From Takakia lepidozioides (Eukaryota > Plantae > Bryophyta), in NCBI GenBank assembly GCA_030704615.1, contig CM060731.1, positions 91,326,001 to 91,390,000 on the forward strand: 64,000 nucleotides of DNA. The letters are read 5' to 3'. Position numbers and translations under genes: made by a program. This document shows, one piece after another, positions 1 through 12,524 of the stretch (the first letter of the stretch is position 1; the number at the start of each line of letters is the position of its first letter). The notes beneath the pieces were generated by a model. That model did not search any database and was not told the origin of the DNA. It was given only the letters and a program-made list of their open reading frames with translations.

Positions 1-2700
1 CCCTGCGTACTGATGCAGAACCATTTTCTGAGGAGGACGGGGTGACACTTTTCGGTGTCCACCTTGCCACCGCATTCTCTGTGGTCTTCCCTCTCGTGGC
101 AAGGACAACCACACATCCACCGTCATCCAGAAGCATCCCCGCCAGCCCAAACCCGGCTTTCCAGTAGTCCTCAGTAAACCTGTTCCAGGTGGGCACACCA
201 TCCAGGCCCTCCAGCAGCTCCCCATCTGGAATGTCGAGGAGAATCATGTCGCAAGCTCTCTCCACCTCAACCCCCCCCCGAGTGCTCTTGCAATTCGTGC
301 TCACAGCCGTGAAGAATTCCATCATGGCTTCAAAACCAGGGGTGTCTTTAGGCTCTGTACTGGCAGCCCTCTTCTTGGCTTTCCCCTTCTGCTCCGCCAG
401 AGACTTGTTGTGTGCCACCTTCTTCGCCCTGGCAGCGAGAGCGTCAAGGAAGCTCTCATTGACGCATTGGATGATGGTTGGAGGTTCTAGCTTTGGCCTG
501 TGCGTAAACGTCACCGCCGAATACCGCCGTGTAGGCTCGCCCTCAAATGCCAACTTCTTGGCAGAGCCAGTCCCACTCCGAACTGACTTGGGAACCCGGA
601 CGACCGGTGACTGGGTAGGAGCAACAGCAGTCGCAGGACCTTGAACAAAATCGGCGTCGGAGTCACTCTCTTGGGTCCCCTCCTGCGCCTCCTCCGATGC
701 CCGATGGTTTTCTTCTTTTTGGGTGTTACTGCAGTCACCTGTTTCCTTGTCCTTTTCCTTTGACCTTTACTCTTCTCATGCAATTTCTCCTGAATTCCTG
801 CCTGAGCAAGCTCTGCCGCTTTCCTGGAGTTCGCAAGCGCTTTTGCCTCTTTTGCACCCAACGGAGGCAGCGGAGCCCGGTTTCGTCGGAATTCAGCATC
901 CAGCTTCAATTGAAACTCGGATGGGTCGAGCGAGCCGGGCGGAAGGTCCACATACCAAGGGCAATCACGCAAATGTTCCAGATGCCACTCCTTCACAATA
1001 TCGTCAGTGTACATGGAGTCAGCCCCAGGGTTCCTCCATGCCAGGAAGAATGGTGGCTCGAAAGACAGATGACCTTTCTCCAAAAGCGAGAACTTACAGT
1101 ACCTGCATTCATGAAAAACACAATGAGGTCCGAAAATGGCTAAGTCTCTGAACGGCAATAGGGCCTACAACTGGAATATGGCGCCGAATTTCCACTTCAG
1201 GGCCACCCAGTCTAGGGACTTAGCCCGAAAATGGCTAAGTCCCTCGACGGCAATAGGGCTAGAACTGGAAAACGGCGCCGAATTTCCAGTTCCGGGCCAG
1301 CCAGTCTAGGGACTTAGCCCGAAAATGGCTAAGTCCCTGGACGGCAATAGGGCCTAGAACTGGAAAACGGCGCCGAATTTCCAGTTCCGGGCCAGCCACA
1401 CTAGGGACTTAGGCCGAAAATGGCTAACTCCCTGAACGGCAATAGGGCCTAAAACTGGAATATGGCGCCGAATTTCCACTTCAGGGCCAGCCAGTCTAGG
1501 GACTTGGCGAAAATGGGTAAGTCCCTGAACGACAATAGGGCCTGGAACTGGAAAATGGCGCCGAATTTCCAGTTCCGGGCCAGCCAGTCTAGGGACTTAG
1601 CCATTTTCGGAGCCCTGACTGGAAATTCGGCGCCATTTTCCCTAACACCACTTGAGGCCTCTAACATCCTGCAATGCCAGGACTTGAAAGAAAGGCAGCG
1701 CGTATGTACCTGTACAGAAGGCGCATTGCTGCTTTGTCCGCGTTCGGCTGGTCGGTGAACTCGTGGCTCCGGCGAGCATCTGCTATCTCCCGAAAGAATA
1801 GGTTGGTTTTGTAGAGCAGAAAGTACCTCGTCACATAGTCACGTAGGCTCTCTGCTGCAGGAGATATCTCCATCTTGAACTGATGTGCTTGTGTGTCCAG
1901 CTGCTCTTGCGCATTCGTCGTCACCTGTGGAGATTGTCCATCAGATCGCTTTCCTCAAAAAATACAATGAATCCACCCCCTACTAGAGTACAAGCCCCAA
2001 ACGAAGCGTGGGGAAGTACCTGAAACCACCATGTCATGCGGTTCATCCACATGTCGAATGTGGGTCAGAGAGTTTGTCCGGTTTGGGGAAGCTCCACATG
2101 TCCCTGGTACTTTGGGAACCATTCCAGATTTGGAGCCACCGGGTCTGTCCAACCACCCAGCATATTCGTAAGCGCCAAACACCACAAAAAGGAGTTGTTG
2201 CCACCACAATTTGGTTAAGAATGTATCACCTTTTCTGTTGCATCCACACAGGATGTGGCTAGACGATGGAGCTTCTCCAATGTCATCGTGGGCTTCAGAG
2301 CGCGAGAGTAGTGCTTCCCCACCTCCATCAGAAAGTCGGCACCAAGGGCGGGATCAGCTATGGCCACGTACTTTACCATCCGCGACTTGTACTTTATGCG
2401 GGCCCTCACCTCCGCAGCTTTGACATACGATTCGAGTTCCGGGAGGGTTGGATTCTTCTTCTCTGACTCCATGTAGAACCTCCGCGCATGTGCCAAATCC
2501 TGCTGTATTTTCGTCTGTCGAAAAGGCGCACATAAGATTAGAGATCCTGCTCAACACAATTTCTTCTATTGGGGGAGGAGAGACAAATTAGCTCAACAAA
2601 ACTGTGAGGAGCTTTACCCGAAATATGTAGTCCACCATGGCGTCGACGCTCAGCCTATACCAGGTTCTGTCTGCCTTTGCCTCCGACAAGACTTCCTTTG
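1..2700 (-). pseudogene. Accessory gene of E1 (middle exons plus start of the N4C/N6A-MTase-like domain); N-terminal ParB part missing, frameshifted
   Basis: Exon translations AKADRTWYRLSVDAMV, VAIADPALGADFL, ADKAAMRLLYR, PPFFLAWRNPG and DMILLDIPDG (224-235) match the E2 gene in the same order. Confidence 0.8.
1128..1640. repeat. Tandem array of ~95-bp units (about 5) plus an inverted partial unit, core GGAAAAYGGCGCCGAATTTCC, inside an intron
   Basis: Units start near 1130, 1225, 1319, 1414 and 1508. They lie between the splice donor after LLYR (~1709) and the acceptor before YCKF (~1103). Confidence 0.9.
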
Positions 2701-3130
2701 GGGGGGGCCCGGATGGAAATTCGGCGCCGAATCTCCGTCCATGGGATGTTCTCTGTCGCACACTCGCCGGCCTCTGCGCCCGAGGCGACTTCATCCGGGC
2801 GTCCCCTGTTCGATATTCGGTGCCAAATTTCCGTCCGGGGGTTGAAATGTGACGGCCAACTGCAGGCCATTCCCCCCTCCCCGACTGCATCCGAACCGCC
2901 CCGGATGGAAATTCGGCGCCGTTTTTCCATCTGGGGATGTTTTTATGCCGTCCAGTTTTCGGCCTGACCCCCCGACACGACTCCCTTTGGGGGGCCCGGA
3001 TGGAAATTCGGCGCCGAATCTCCATCCAAGGGATATTCTCTGTCGCACACACTCCGGCCTCTGCGCCCGAGGCGACTTCATCCGGGCTTCCTCTGTTGGA
3101 TATTGGGTGCCGAGTTTCCATTCGGGGGTA
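2692..3130. repeat. Palindrome-containing repeats (GGATGGAAATTCGGCGCCGAATCTCC) between the divergent genes of E1
   Basis: A ~140-bp block is duplicated (about 2692-2830 and 2981-3120), with further motif copies between. Confidence 0.85.
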
Positions 3131-3306
3131 GTAATGTGAGGGCACGGTGCCGGCTTCTCCCCTTCAGCCGTCATCATCCGGACGGCCCCCCACTTTCTGA
3201 CTGCATACCGTTGGCAGTTATTGCGCAAAGACCAGGGGTCGCATTCCGGAGACAAGGTTCATTAACACTATGACTGTGGATTTTTGAGATAGTTGGCTCC
3301 CTGGAT

Positions 3307-6300
3307 TTGGATCAGGCTTCGTCGCTCGACAAATCGGCATCGCATTCATTCCCATCGCTGCACCCCCTTCTACCAGGGAGCTTCCCCGCACGCCATCCTG
3401 GCAGTCTTGTGTGCACATCTCCCATGGCGGAAAACCCGAGCGCTACAGTGTACTGCCCTCCTCACGAGCATAGAGCTTCATTTCCGTGCAGAGGGGACAC
3501 CTGCCGGGTGATGGAGAAATATCTGTGCGTTCGATACCACCTGAAACCGGGGTCGGTTTTTTTGGAGGAGGAAAGGAAGGACTCAAACGGCCTTGTTGTC
3601 GAGAGTATTGTTGTGCTCCACGATGATTTCGGCGATGGCAGGGAATGGCGAGTTCCACCATCGGACAGGGTCATATACAGGGCTGTTGGGGACTTCATTT
3701 GCCCGCCAAATGCACCGTCTATCCTGGCGCCTTCCACGAAACAATCCGCGAATCAGAGAGTGGGTACCTCAAAGAGAGAAGTCCGCAACGAAGTAAATCC
3801 AGAGCCGAACCCATCCATGAAGACGACCGAGAACCGGGTTGTTCACAACCTGTCCGACTCAGACGAGGTCATGGAAGTTCCGAGGTCGTCCTGGAGATCA
3901 GGCAAGTCCTCAATGGACGTCAGTGGAGGAGGGAGTCATATTCCCAGCACGAGCACCGCAGTTCGATCTATTCTAGAAATTCTGCGAGGGCTTCACCTGG
4001 AGGGACACCGGTCGGAGCTGGCCGGGCTCGACTACAGCAAGTTCGCAATTAAATTGGTTACATGCCTTCCCGCCGACGTCGACGGTAATATCTTCTTTGA
4101 GTTCCCTCCTCGGGCGGACTACTCGAGGGCGTCCGGAATGTTGACAGATATGGATAGAAAACATGACGGTCATCCTTGGTGCGTTACCAAAACCACCAGC
4201 ATGAAGATGCTTGATGGTGTGCGGGTGCGCTACGTTGTTTGTGCGGGCGCGTTGCGGTGTTTCTCCCCAACTTGCTTCCACTTTAAATCCAGAGGTCACA
4301 GGAACGAGACCGATTGGACAGGCACAGCTCACCAACCATTTCGAGCTCAGGAGAAGGTTCCGAACTCCACATTTAAGTGTGCGCATTGCAAAGAACCACC
4401 ACACTGCATGTCTGTTTGTAATGCCAAGCAGTTCTATGTGTTGCACCGTTTCCCTGACCTCACCCGAGCTTGCATACACGTTGGTTCCCATTGTCACAAA
4501 TTGGCGAGGGGGAACTCGCGGGAGGCTGCCCACGAAGCAGAGCAGCTCGTTCAGGAGGAGGTTAAGTTGAGACCGGGTGCCAAACCCAAACAGATACAGC
4601 TCCAAGCCGCCCATAAGATGGCATTGGCCAGAATTATGTCGGAAGACGGCTCCGATAGAGTTCCTCTCGACGAGAAGGAAATGGAGGCATTGCTGGAGTC
4701 GGTGTCCCACGTATGTTCACCGAATGTCCGAAACCACATTGTCTCATGCAAACAGAAAATTGGGCGTGGCTCGGATATGCACTCCATTCTGGAGGTGAAG
4801 CGACGATGTGGATATGACTACATTCATGGAAGTAGGTTTCCAGGACAAGGGACTGAGGCAGATCGTTGTTTCGTATTCAAAATGTCCACGTGTGGACCTG
4901 GCAGTGGCGTCGAACTGGTCGACAGGATGACGAGTGGGAACTTGTCAAACAGTTGGGTCATGTTCGACCATATCAAGCGAATTACAAATCACCAGTGGGT
5001 GACAATGGGTGCACATGTCTACGACACCCACTGCAGGATGCTAATGACAATTGCTATTTGTGAGATGAAAGGAGAGGACACACAATCGGAGATGCTTCTT
5101 TGGCAGGGAATAAACGAACAGATGGCCAAGGCGGGATTGCCCCCTCCCAATTTCCGTGGTTTCATGGCGGACAACGCACAAGCAAATTGGGCTGCCATCC
5201 GAAGGGTGTACGGGCAAGACCCCAATGTTCCCATGGAAGGCAAGGAGAGATCTTGTGGGTTCCATTTTCTGCAGAGCCTTTCGCAGTACACAACCAGGCT
5301 CGTGGCGCCAGATTTCAGAGAGGAGCACCGTTCCATGTGCCTTGCGTGGAAGCGCGCTCCCACCTTGGATGATGCAGAGACACAGTTTGCATGCATACGG
5401 GCTTGGTGGACATCGTCAGGTGCTGTAAGGAAATCAGACGAAGGAGCAATGGTCAGTTGGCTAGCATGGTGGCATTATCGTTTCCTCCAGTTCGGCGACT
5501 ATATGCGGGAGGTGAGTTGCACGAATTCGCGTCCCGTTGGATATTATTCTTGGCCATATTTGTAACTTGCTTGTAACCTCAACATGTGCTTGTGCAGGAA
5601 ATGTGTCTCGACTCCAACACCGACATGCCCACGACAAACATGGCCAAATCAGTGCACTCTTCCTGGCGTGCCTCCTCTGCGGCGCATCTGGTGGACATCC
5701 TCACTGCCACAACGGAGGACATTGTGAGGTCAATTATGCAGCAATGCAGGTACAACGAGTTCTTGAAAGGGAAACAGTGGGGCTTGGGGCCGGACAGGCA
5801 GGAAATGCTGATGCGGACTGCCTCTAGATCGAAGAATCCTCGGAAGTGGGCGGCGGCCTTGCGAGAGGGCCTTCGGGACACGCCATTGCTGCGAAGAGGC
5901 CAACATTTGGAAGGAGATGTTCATACCCGTCCAGTGAGACGAAGACTTGACGAGGCACCTGGCGGAGAAGAGGATTCATGGCGAGCTGACAAGAATATTC
6001 GCACGCTCCCTCGTGGTCCGGTGATGTTGTCCGAGGAGGTCTCGTCGAGCACCGGAAGTCCTGCACGTTCAAGATCGCCATCTCCTTTGAGCACAGGGCG
6101 CGTGCCCCGGCAACATAACGAGCCATCTGTAGTAAAGCAATACAACATTCCCATTGTGGAGACAAGAGTGTCGGAGTCACAGTGGAGAATTGCGAGGACA
6201 TTGCCGGCATTTCGAGGGAAGTGTTGCGCCATCCGGGTGGATACGAGAGCACGCTGTGGTGAGATGATTCGGAGGAACCCACACGGTGCTGTACCTGCAC

Positions 6301-7016
6301 CTTGTTTCAGCGGCAGATTTTTTACTCCCACATTTGCTCACGCCACAACGCAGACATTTTGGTTCTGTAGGCACGACATAATGACCTGTGTATTTGGCAA
6401 GCCCAAGTACGGGATTCAGGGAATGCCGGAGCCTCCGGGCGTCTGGCCTGTTGCACCGGGTTGCAGCCTCTCTCAGAATGAGGCGGATGCTCTATCTGCA
6501 GCAGGATTTCAAATGGTGCAACGCACAGACATCCCGGCCCACGCATTTCCGGTTCCTCAGACCCAGCCATTGCAGACTGCTCGGTCCAGTAGAGACGGAT
6601 TGGACAATTCTGCACATCCCACAATGCGATTCGGAAGAGTGAAGAGACGACACCCTCCCAACAAGTTGAATGAGACTCGGATTGCCAATGCTCTTGGGAT
6701 GGCTTGCACTATTCAGAGCTCCGTGGACGTACCCCCACCCGGCCTTGGGCGTGTGTATCGGATGGCAACGGCCGGCTCGGCTGTACGCGACGATGTATAC
6801 ACAATTACGATTGGAGTGGAGCCGACTTGCAACTGTACGGACTTCTCGTTGATGGAAGCAAAGAAGGGTTCGAAGTATTATCCGTGCAAGCATCTGTATT
6901 ACATTTACCTGAAGAGGTTGAGGATGAACGTGACTATTGATGACTTTATTCATGCACCGGCGTTGAGCGTGAACGAGCTGCACAAACTCCTCCTTAGGGA
7001 TTCCAGAAATCATTGA
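3307..7016 (+). CDS. MULE-type transposase with N-terminal Cys/His (GCM/WRKY-like) domain and C-terminal SWIM finger; intron 5512-5597; true start uncertain
   Basis: WVMFD...FMADNAQAN...CGFHF (CxxH)...TTNMAKS, and SWIM CNCTDF...YPCKHLYY. A GT-AG intron joins ORFs 3307-5565 and 5586-7016 in frame (YMRE|EMCLD). Confidence 0.88.
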
Positions 7017-7159
7017 TGGGGCAAACGGAATCCTCCATATGGATATTTTCAAATGCATTTTGCTGTATCAGACTTTTTTTTTGCAGTGTAATGAAATGCA
7101 CCCCAAAACTCCTGGAATGAGGCAATATTCCATTCAAACTGAGATCCAACAGAAGCAGT

Positions 7160-7530
7160 TGTGGGGCCATTTCTGGAAAAATGGCGCCGAATTTCTCTTT
7201 TTGGGCCGAAAACTCGCTAAGTCCCAACATGCACTGGTACCTGTGTTTGGGAAAATGGCGCCGAATTTCTCTTTTTGGGGCCGAAAACTGGCTAAGTCCC
7301 AACATGCACTGGTACCGTGTCTGGAAAAATGGCGCCGAATTTCTCTTTTTTGGGCCGAAAACTGGCTAAGTCCGAACATGCACTGGAAAAATGGCGCCGA
7401 ATTACCTGTCATGAGGGGACCTATAGCCGTGGAATTCGGCACCATTTTTCGCCAGAGAGACCTATTGCCGCGAAATACGTCGCCGTTTTTTCAGGTTACG
7501 GACCCTATTACCGCGAAATTCGGCGCCATA
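7160..7530. repeat. Subterminal array of ~75-bp units, core GGAAAAATGGCGCCGAATTTC
   Basis: Units near 7174, 7250, 7323 and 7385, followed by inverted motif copies. Confidence 0.88.
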
Positions 7531-7699
7531 TTTGCACATGTCGCTGGGAATTGGCATGAGCGGAAGACGAAATTTCATGAGCACAACTGTCAAAAGTGCA
7601 ATTTTTCCTTCAAGGGGCCGAATAATATATTTGTTTTTCCTGACACATTGCATTAAATTATTGTTTTTTATTGTTTTTTATTTTCGAAATTTGTACTTC

Positions 7700-7775
7700 T
7701 GCTCATGAAAACCGATTGTGTTACTACTCTGCTCATGCCGCTCATGCCGCTCATGCTCATGAAATAGCAAACCTC
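7700..7775. repeat. Right terminus of E1: short TIR with GCTCATG subterminal repeats
   Basis: GCTCATGCCGCTCATGCCGCTCATGCTCATGAAATAGCAAACCTC. Confidence 0.85.
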
Positions 7776-8256
7776 ACGGCGGCCACGTGGCAATATAATA
7801 TTTTTCTCGGGCTGCCCGTAATTGTAATATTGTATGCTTGGATTTGTGATAAACAATAATGAAAAATGACATGGGATTGTACTGACACGCCACCTTTGGC
7901 TGCTGAAGGTGGAGGCTGAGCGGGAGAACATAAAGGTAAAAACGAAATAGATGGATATCGGAAAAAAAAGAAAACAAAAAAACAACAACATGAGATATGG
8001 ACTTCTAACATGGAAGAATTCTGCATGTTTTTTAGCCATTTTAATCTCTAGCTTGGATTATCGTATGCTACGGAAATGTCCAGGGATGCTGGTGAAAAAT
8101 ATATATATTTGTTGGACCTAAGTTGAATGAAGGTGGCTCTTCTGTCCTTGTATAAGGTACTTTTCGCTTTTTGGAATGTGATCTTGTATTCAATTTCAAA
8201 CTCTAAAATTTAATTTTTTCTGGGCAGGTTCATTGGGCAGATTGAAATGTTCTTGT

Positions 8257-8703
8257 TCACCTTCGTTGACCTTCGTCACTGATGGAATTGCGTTGGTAAC
8301 TGACAGAATAGGAGCTCTCAGAGACAGGAACCCTTTGAGGACCTATTTGAATCATTTGTTGCACACACATTGCAAGTGCAAGACGCTCCACAGGCCACGA
8401 GGATCTATATTCAAAGCAATGGTCAAGGAAGGAAAACCTGTAAGTACCATTTGCGTTTCCATAGTGTAGCATGCATACCGGGCATCTAATATGACGAGAG
8501 GTAATCCAGAATCGAATATCAATATTTGTTCTAAAAATTTCAATAAATCTTGTGTAGACCTCCCCGAAAATTGAATCGCATGCTAGTGTCCCATCTAGAA
8601 ACTCATATGTCATCTCGAAACTACGGATTTCAGCGGGATGCATGCGGGAGCGCATGTATCGAAGGTTTAATAGAAGGGCAGGGCCAAAATCACGCGGAGG
8701 CAT
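8257..8703 (-). CDS. Orphan ORF (~148 aa from MPPRDF), probably cargo of the older host element
   Basis: Open frame with protein-like composition and a CPVC motif; no recognisable family. Confidence 0.3.
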   Translation of the reverse strand: MPPRDFGPALLLNLRYMRSRMHPAEIRSFEMTYEFLDGTLACDSIFGEVYTRFIEIFRTNIDIRFWITSRHIRCPVCMLHYGNANGTYRFSFLDHCFEYRSSWPVERLALAMCVQQMIQIGPQRVPVSESSYSVSYQRNSISDEGQRR

Positions 8704-9924
8704 AGTACAAGGGGGATGATGAGGGGGTGGTGAGGGGAAGGAAGAAGATCGAAGGCTCCTCAAGCAGGAGAAAACTTTAGGAATCTCGACAGTTTGCAAA
8801 TGCATACGGACGGTCAATTTACCTATACAGGATGTCAAGTGAAACTTGAGGGTATCACCCTCCGATTTTAGTACATGTGTCACTATCATCCATGTATGTG
8901 GATGGAACGTGTTGGAGGGAGGTTTACTATTTCATGAGCGCATGAGCCCATGAGCCTATGAGCCTATGAGCTCATGAGCGGGCATCCGCGGAATTGGAAT
9001 TTTCCTGCCTTTATTGACGGTGTTATGTCCTCTTACCTCGGTAATAGGGTCTGTTTCTCCTGGTCCAGGATGCGGAATGAGGAATTTCGGCGCCGTTATT
9101 CCCAAGAGCAGTGTGCTAAAATGGTGTTTTGAAGACATCCACCAGGGTATTTCGGCACCGAAATTACCTCTTAAAATGTGATATAGTGCGGTATTTAAAG
9201 GCGCAGAACGGGCAATTTCGGCGCCGAAATACCCAAGTGGAATGTGGTGAAGTGCCTTGTGCTGAAGGCTTCCATCGCAATATTTTGGTGCAGTAATTCA
9301 TCCGTGGAATTTTTGAGGCCCATATAACGAAGGCGCAAACTGGGCTATTTCGGCGCCAAATTTCCGAATAGGAATGTTAGAAACGGCAGGGTTTTCATGG
9401 CTTCAAGTTCCCGGCTCGATGGTGTGCATAAATTACTTGTAGGGTTCTTCACTGAAGTTTGCGTCTCTTCTGCTTTTATTATAGATTTTGGTTGGCGGAA
9501 GAAATGTAGGGAATGGACAAGAAGTCTGAACACAATGATTTTTCAAATCGTCAATATTTTCATTAAGTGTTTCAGAACTGTACAACAAAAGGATCCAAAT
9601 GAGACTTTGCTATGGTGAGGATCCGCTATCACTGTCCGATGCATCCCCGCCCTCATGCAAGGATGGCTGCCTTCCACCTGCCTCCGAACCTGCACTGCCG
9701 CTACCGCTGTTACTCTGAGAAGCCCTCCCCTCAAAAATACCATCCTCACCAGCCGGAACTGTCCACCTGGGTGCGGAAGTGTCCTCAACATTCCCCTCGC
9801 TCTCGGACGCGGATTCTATTACGAACTTCCCTACTCTGCCTTTCACAATTCTATGTTTGGCCTCACGCCTCATTATAATTCTCTGCTCATTCCCGTATGT
9901 CAATTGCTCTAACCGAGTAGGCCT

Positions 9925-10232
9925 AAGACACCCACCAGGCGCGTATGGTTGCAAACTCGGTCTCCGCCTCGTCGATGGAATTCGCATTTTTCCACGCTAG
10001 GCACATACTGATATGATCTTGCCGGTGGCGTGACGCCACGAACCTTTTCGTGTTTTGCGTCAAACTCTGCATGAAGTGGAACCCGCAAGATCTCTCCTTT
10101 CCTTCCATTGGAGTCTTTGGGTCGTCCCCATATACCCTCCTAACTGCAGCCCAGTTTGCCTGGGCATTGTCAGCCATGAAGCCCCTAAAATCGGGAGGGG
10201 GCAACTTGGCTCTCGCCATTTGCTCATTAATT
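9925..10232 (-). other. Displaced fragment of the transposase catalytic core (INEQ...FMAD...CGFH...RAWWVS)
   Basis: Closely similar to E1 transposase 5110-5415; the same segment is absent from the E2 transposase at ~31281. Confidence 0.9.
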
Positions 10233-12524
10233 CTTGGCCGATGCGATTCTGTCTCCTCCTCTGCAACAGGGTCCGATTCGAGCAAGTCTCCCAGCTTCTC
10301 CTCGTCGGACGACTCTGCAAGGCTGAGTGTACGCACAAACATAGAATGAAGTACATTAGAGAATTCAAACAGGGAATCATCGGCAGGTTGCATGGTCCCT
10401 ACAACCGAAACCAATACACTTACTATGGTGCAACTCACTCGAAGACAGGCATTGGGGGAAGCGGCTTCGGGCGCCCCTGCATCGAACAAATTTCCCGGAC
10501 TTCCTCCTCTTCATCTTCCTCCTCTCCTTCCACGTCCTCTTCTGCGTTTTTGGGATCCTCAGTCGGAGGCAGACGCTGAAGGCCCGCCAAATTGTAATCG
10601 TACAAGGCCATATCCCCCTCAAATGAGAACACAAATCGGTTCGACATCCTTCCCGCCCACATACAGGCACCTGCGAATTCATACGACACAACCACAGCCA
10701 AACTCAAGAATGAGTCGCTTCCTCGCACAAGCAAACATACAGAAACGGAAATGGTGTCAATTTCGGTGCCGCATTCAATTAACGTTCTCACCTGTATTTG
10801 CAGTGACGTCAAGGACCCTGCCTTCAACATCCGTACACGTTTCCATGAGCGTCTGGATGAATGCAGGACTCCTGGTCCTCCCATACCTCCATGGCTTGCC
10901 CGACAAATCACAAAGAATGTCCTTCTCTCCCACATGGTTGAACAGGACGTTATACTCCAGTGGATCAACTGTGGAATCAACAAGTCTTCCTGCTTCACGT
11001 AATTTGAATTTTGAATGTTCCTTCACGAAGCAAAATGCCTGAAAGATAAGGGTCTGCAGAGAAGGAAATGAAAACGTCAGAGGTGGCCTACACGTACAGG
11101 GGCAATTTCGGCGCAGAAATTGACATAGCAGAGGAGAACCACAGCATACCTTCTGGCCATCGTTGAGAAGACCCTGCGTGTTGATGCAAGTCCAGATCTT
11201 TTTCAGGATGGGTGCTGCACTTCTCCCCGTCCATACTTTGATATCATTCTCAGTGACTTCTCCATCGGCTGCTAGCACAACAACACAGCCAACGTCGTCC
11301 AACATGTTGGCTGCGAACCCGAATGTGTGGCTCCAGTATCTTTCGTCGTACTTGTTCCACCAGGGAACTGAGCCCAGCCCCAGTATCTCCTGCCCATCCG
11401 GGATATCCACAAGGATCATGTCGATGGAGGCTTTCACCGCCCTGCCCCCGACTGTGCTCTTTTTGCCGTGGCTCATCGCCACAAAATACTCCATCATCTT
11501 TGTGTAGCCAGGAGTGTCCTCCATATCATTGCCAGTGGCCTTCCTCTTCCCCTTCCCCTGGTGGGCCTCGATCGCCTTCCTCAATCTCGTTATCTCCAGC
11601 CTTCTGGTCAGAGCAGTTAGGAAATTTTCATTAACACACTTCACAATTGTGGGTGTTTTGAGGACTTCCCTGCCCGCAATGTGCACCGCACGGTAGGGTC
11701 TGCCAGGTGCATCCTCGTATAGTGATCTCTTCGCAGCCGACCCCCCAGAGCGCTGGCCCTTGTGAATTTTCGGACGAGGTGTGGCCCCCTGGGTGTTTTC
11801 CTGCTGGAAATCGTCGTCGGAATCCTCCTCATCTGGCTGATTGTGTTGCTGCTTCTTCTTCTTGGGTGTGGGGGTCTTCGTCTCTTGCCCCTGTTTGCGC
11901 GTTCTTTTCTTCCTGTCCTTGGGCTCCTCAGCTGCCTGCTTCTCCATCTGCTCCTTCGCCAACGCTGCCGCCTTGGCTGACTTTCTCAGTGCTTTCTGCT
12001 TGGCTGCCTCCTCTGCTTTCAGTCTTTCCGCGTCCTCTGGTTGGGGATCCGATTGCGCCTTCATAGCCCTGGCATTCGCTTCCTTCTTCAAGTTAACCTC
12101 CGAGAGGTCAACGGTCCCACTTGGGAGATCCACATACCAGGGGCAGTCTACCAAATGCTCGGCATGCCACTCCTTCGCCATTACTTCTGTGTACATCGTT
12201 CCACGACCTCCAGGTGTCCTCCATGCCAGGAAGAATGGTGGAACCCTTTGAATGGCTCCGGACGGAATGAGTGCAAAGTTTATGTACCTGCAATCACGAG
12301 GCAGTTCAACAAAAATCATTCTACCGATGCATCATGCAAGTGGAAGTTGTCAATGCACAAGGTATTTCGGCACCGAAATACGGAGTGGACCGTGCCCCAA
12401 TTACCCAGAACTCACATCTTGCAGAGGTATATTTCGGCGCCGCAATATCCATCGCTGCTTAACCAAATCATCTAAACTGCAAATAGGGGGATGCATTGTC
12501 AGCATATTACCTGAACAGGACACG

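Larger units (their letters stand above)
1..7775. mobile_element. Large MULE-like DNA transposon copy E1 (left part outside window)
   Basis: Contains the transposase and the accessory gene. Ends in ...GCTCATGAAATAGCAAACCTC (7775), the reverse complement of a near match to the E2 left terminus GAGGTTTACTATTTCATGAGC. Confidence 0.85.

Noticed and set aside
8910-8920. 11-bp TSD TGTTGGAGGGA for E2
   Set aside because: Alignment with the other termini shows the final GA belongs to the TIR, leaving 9 bp.
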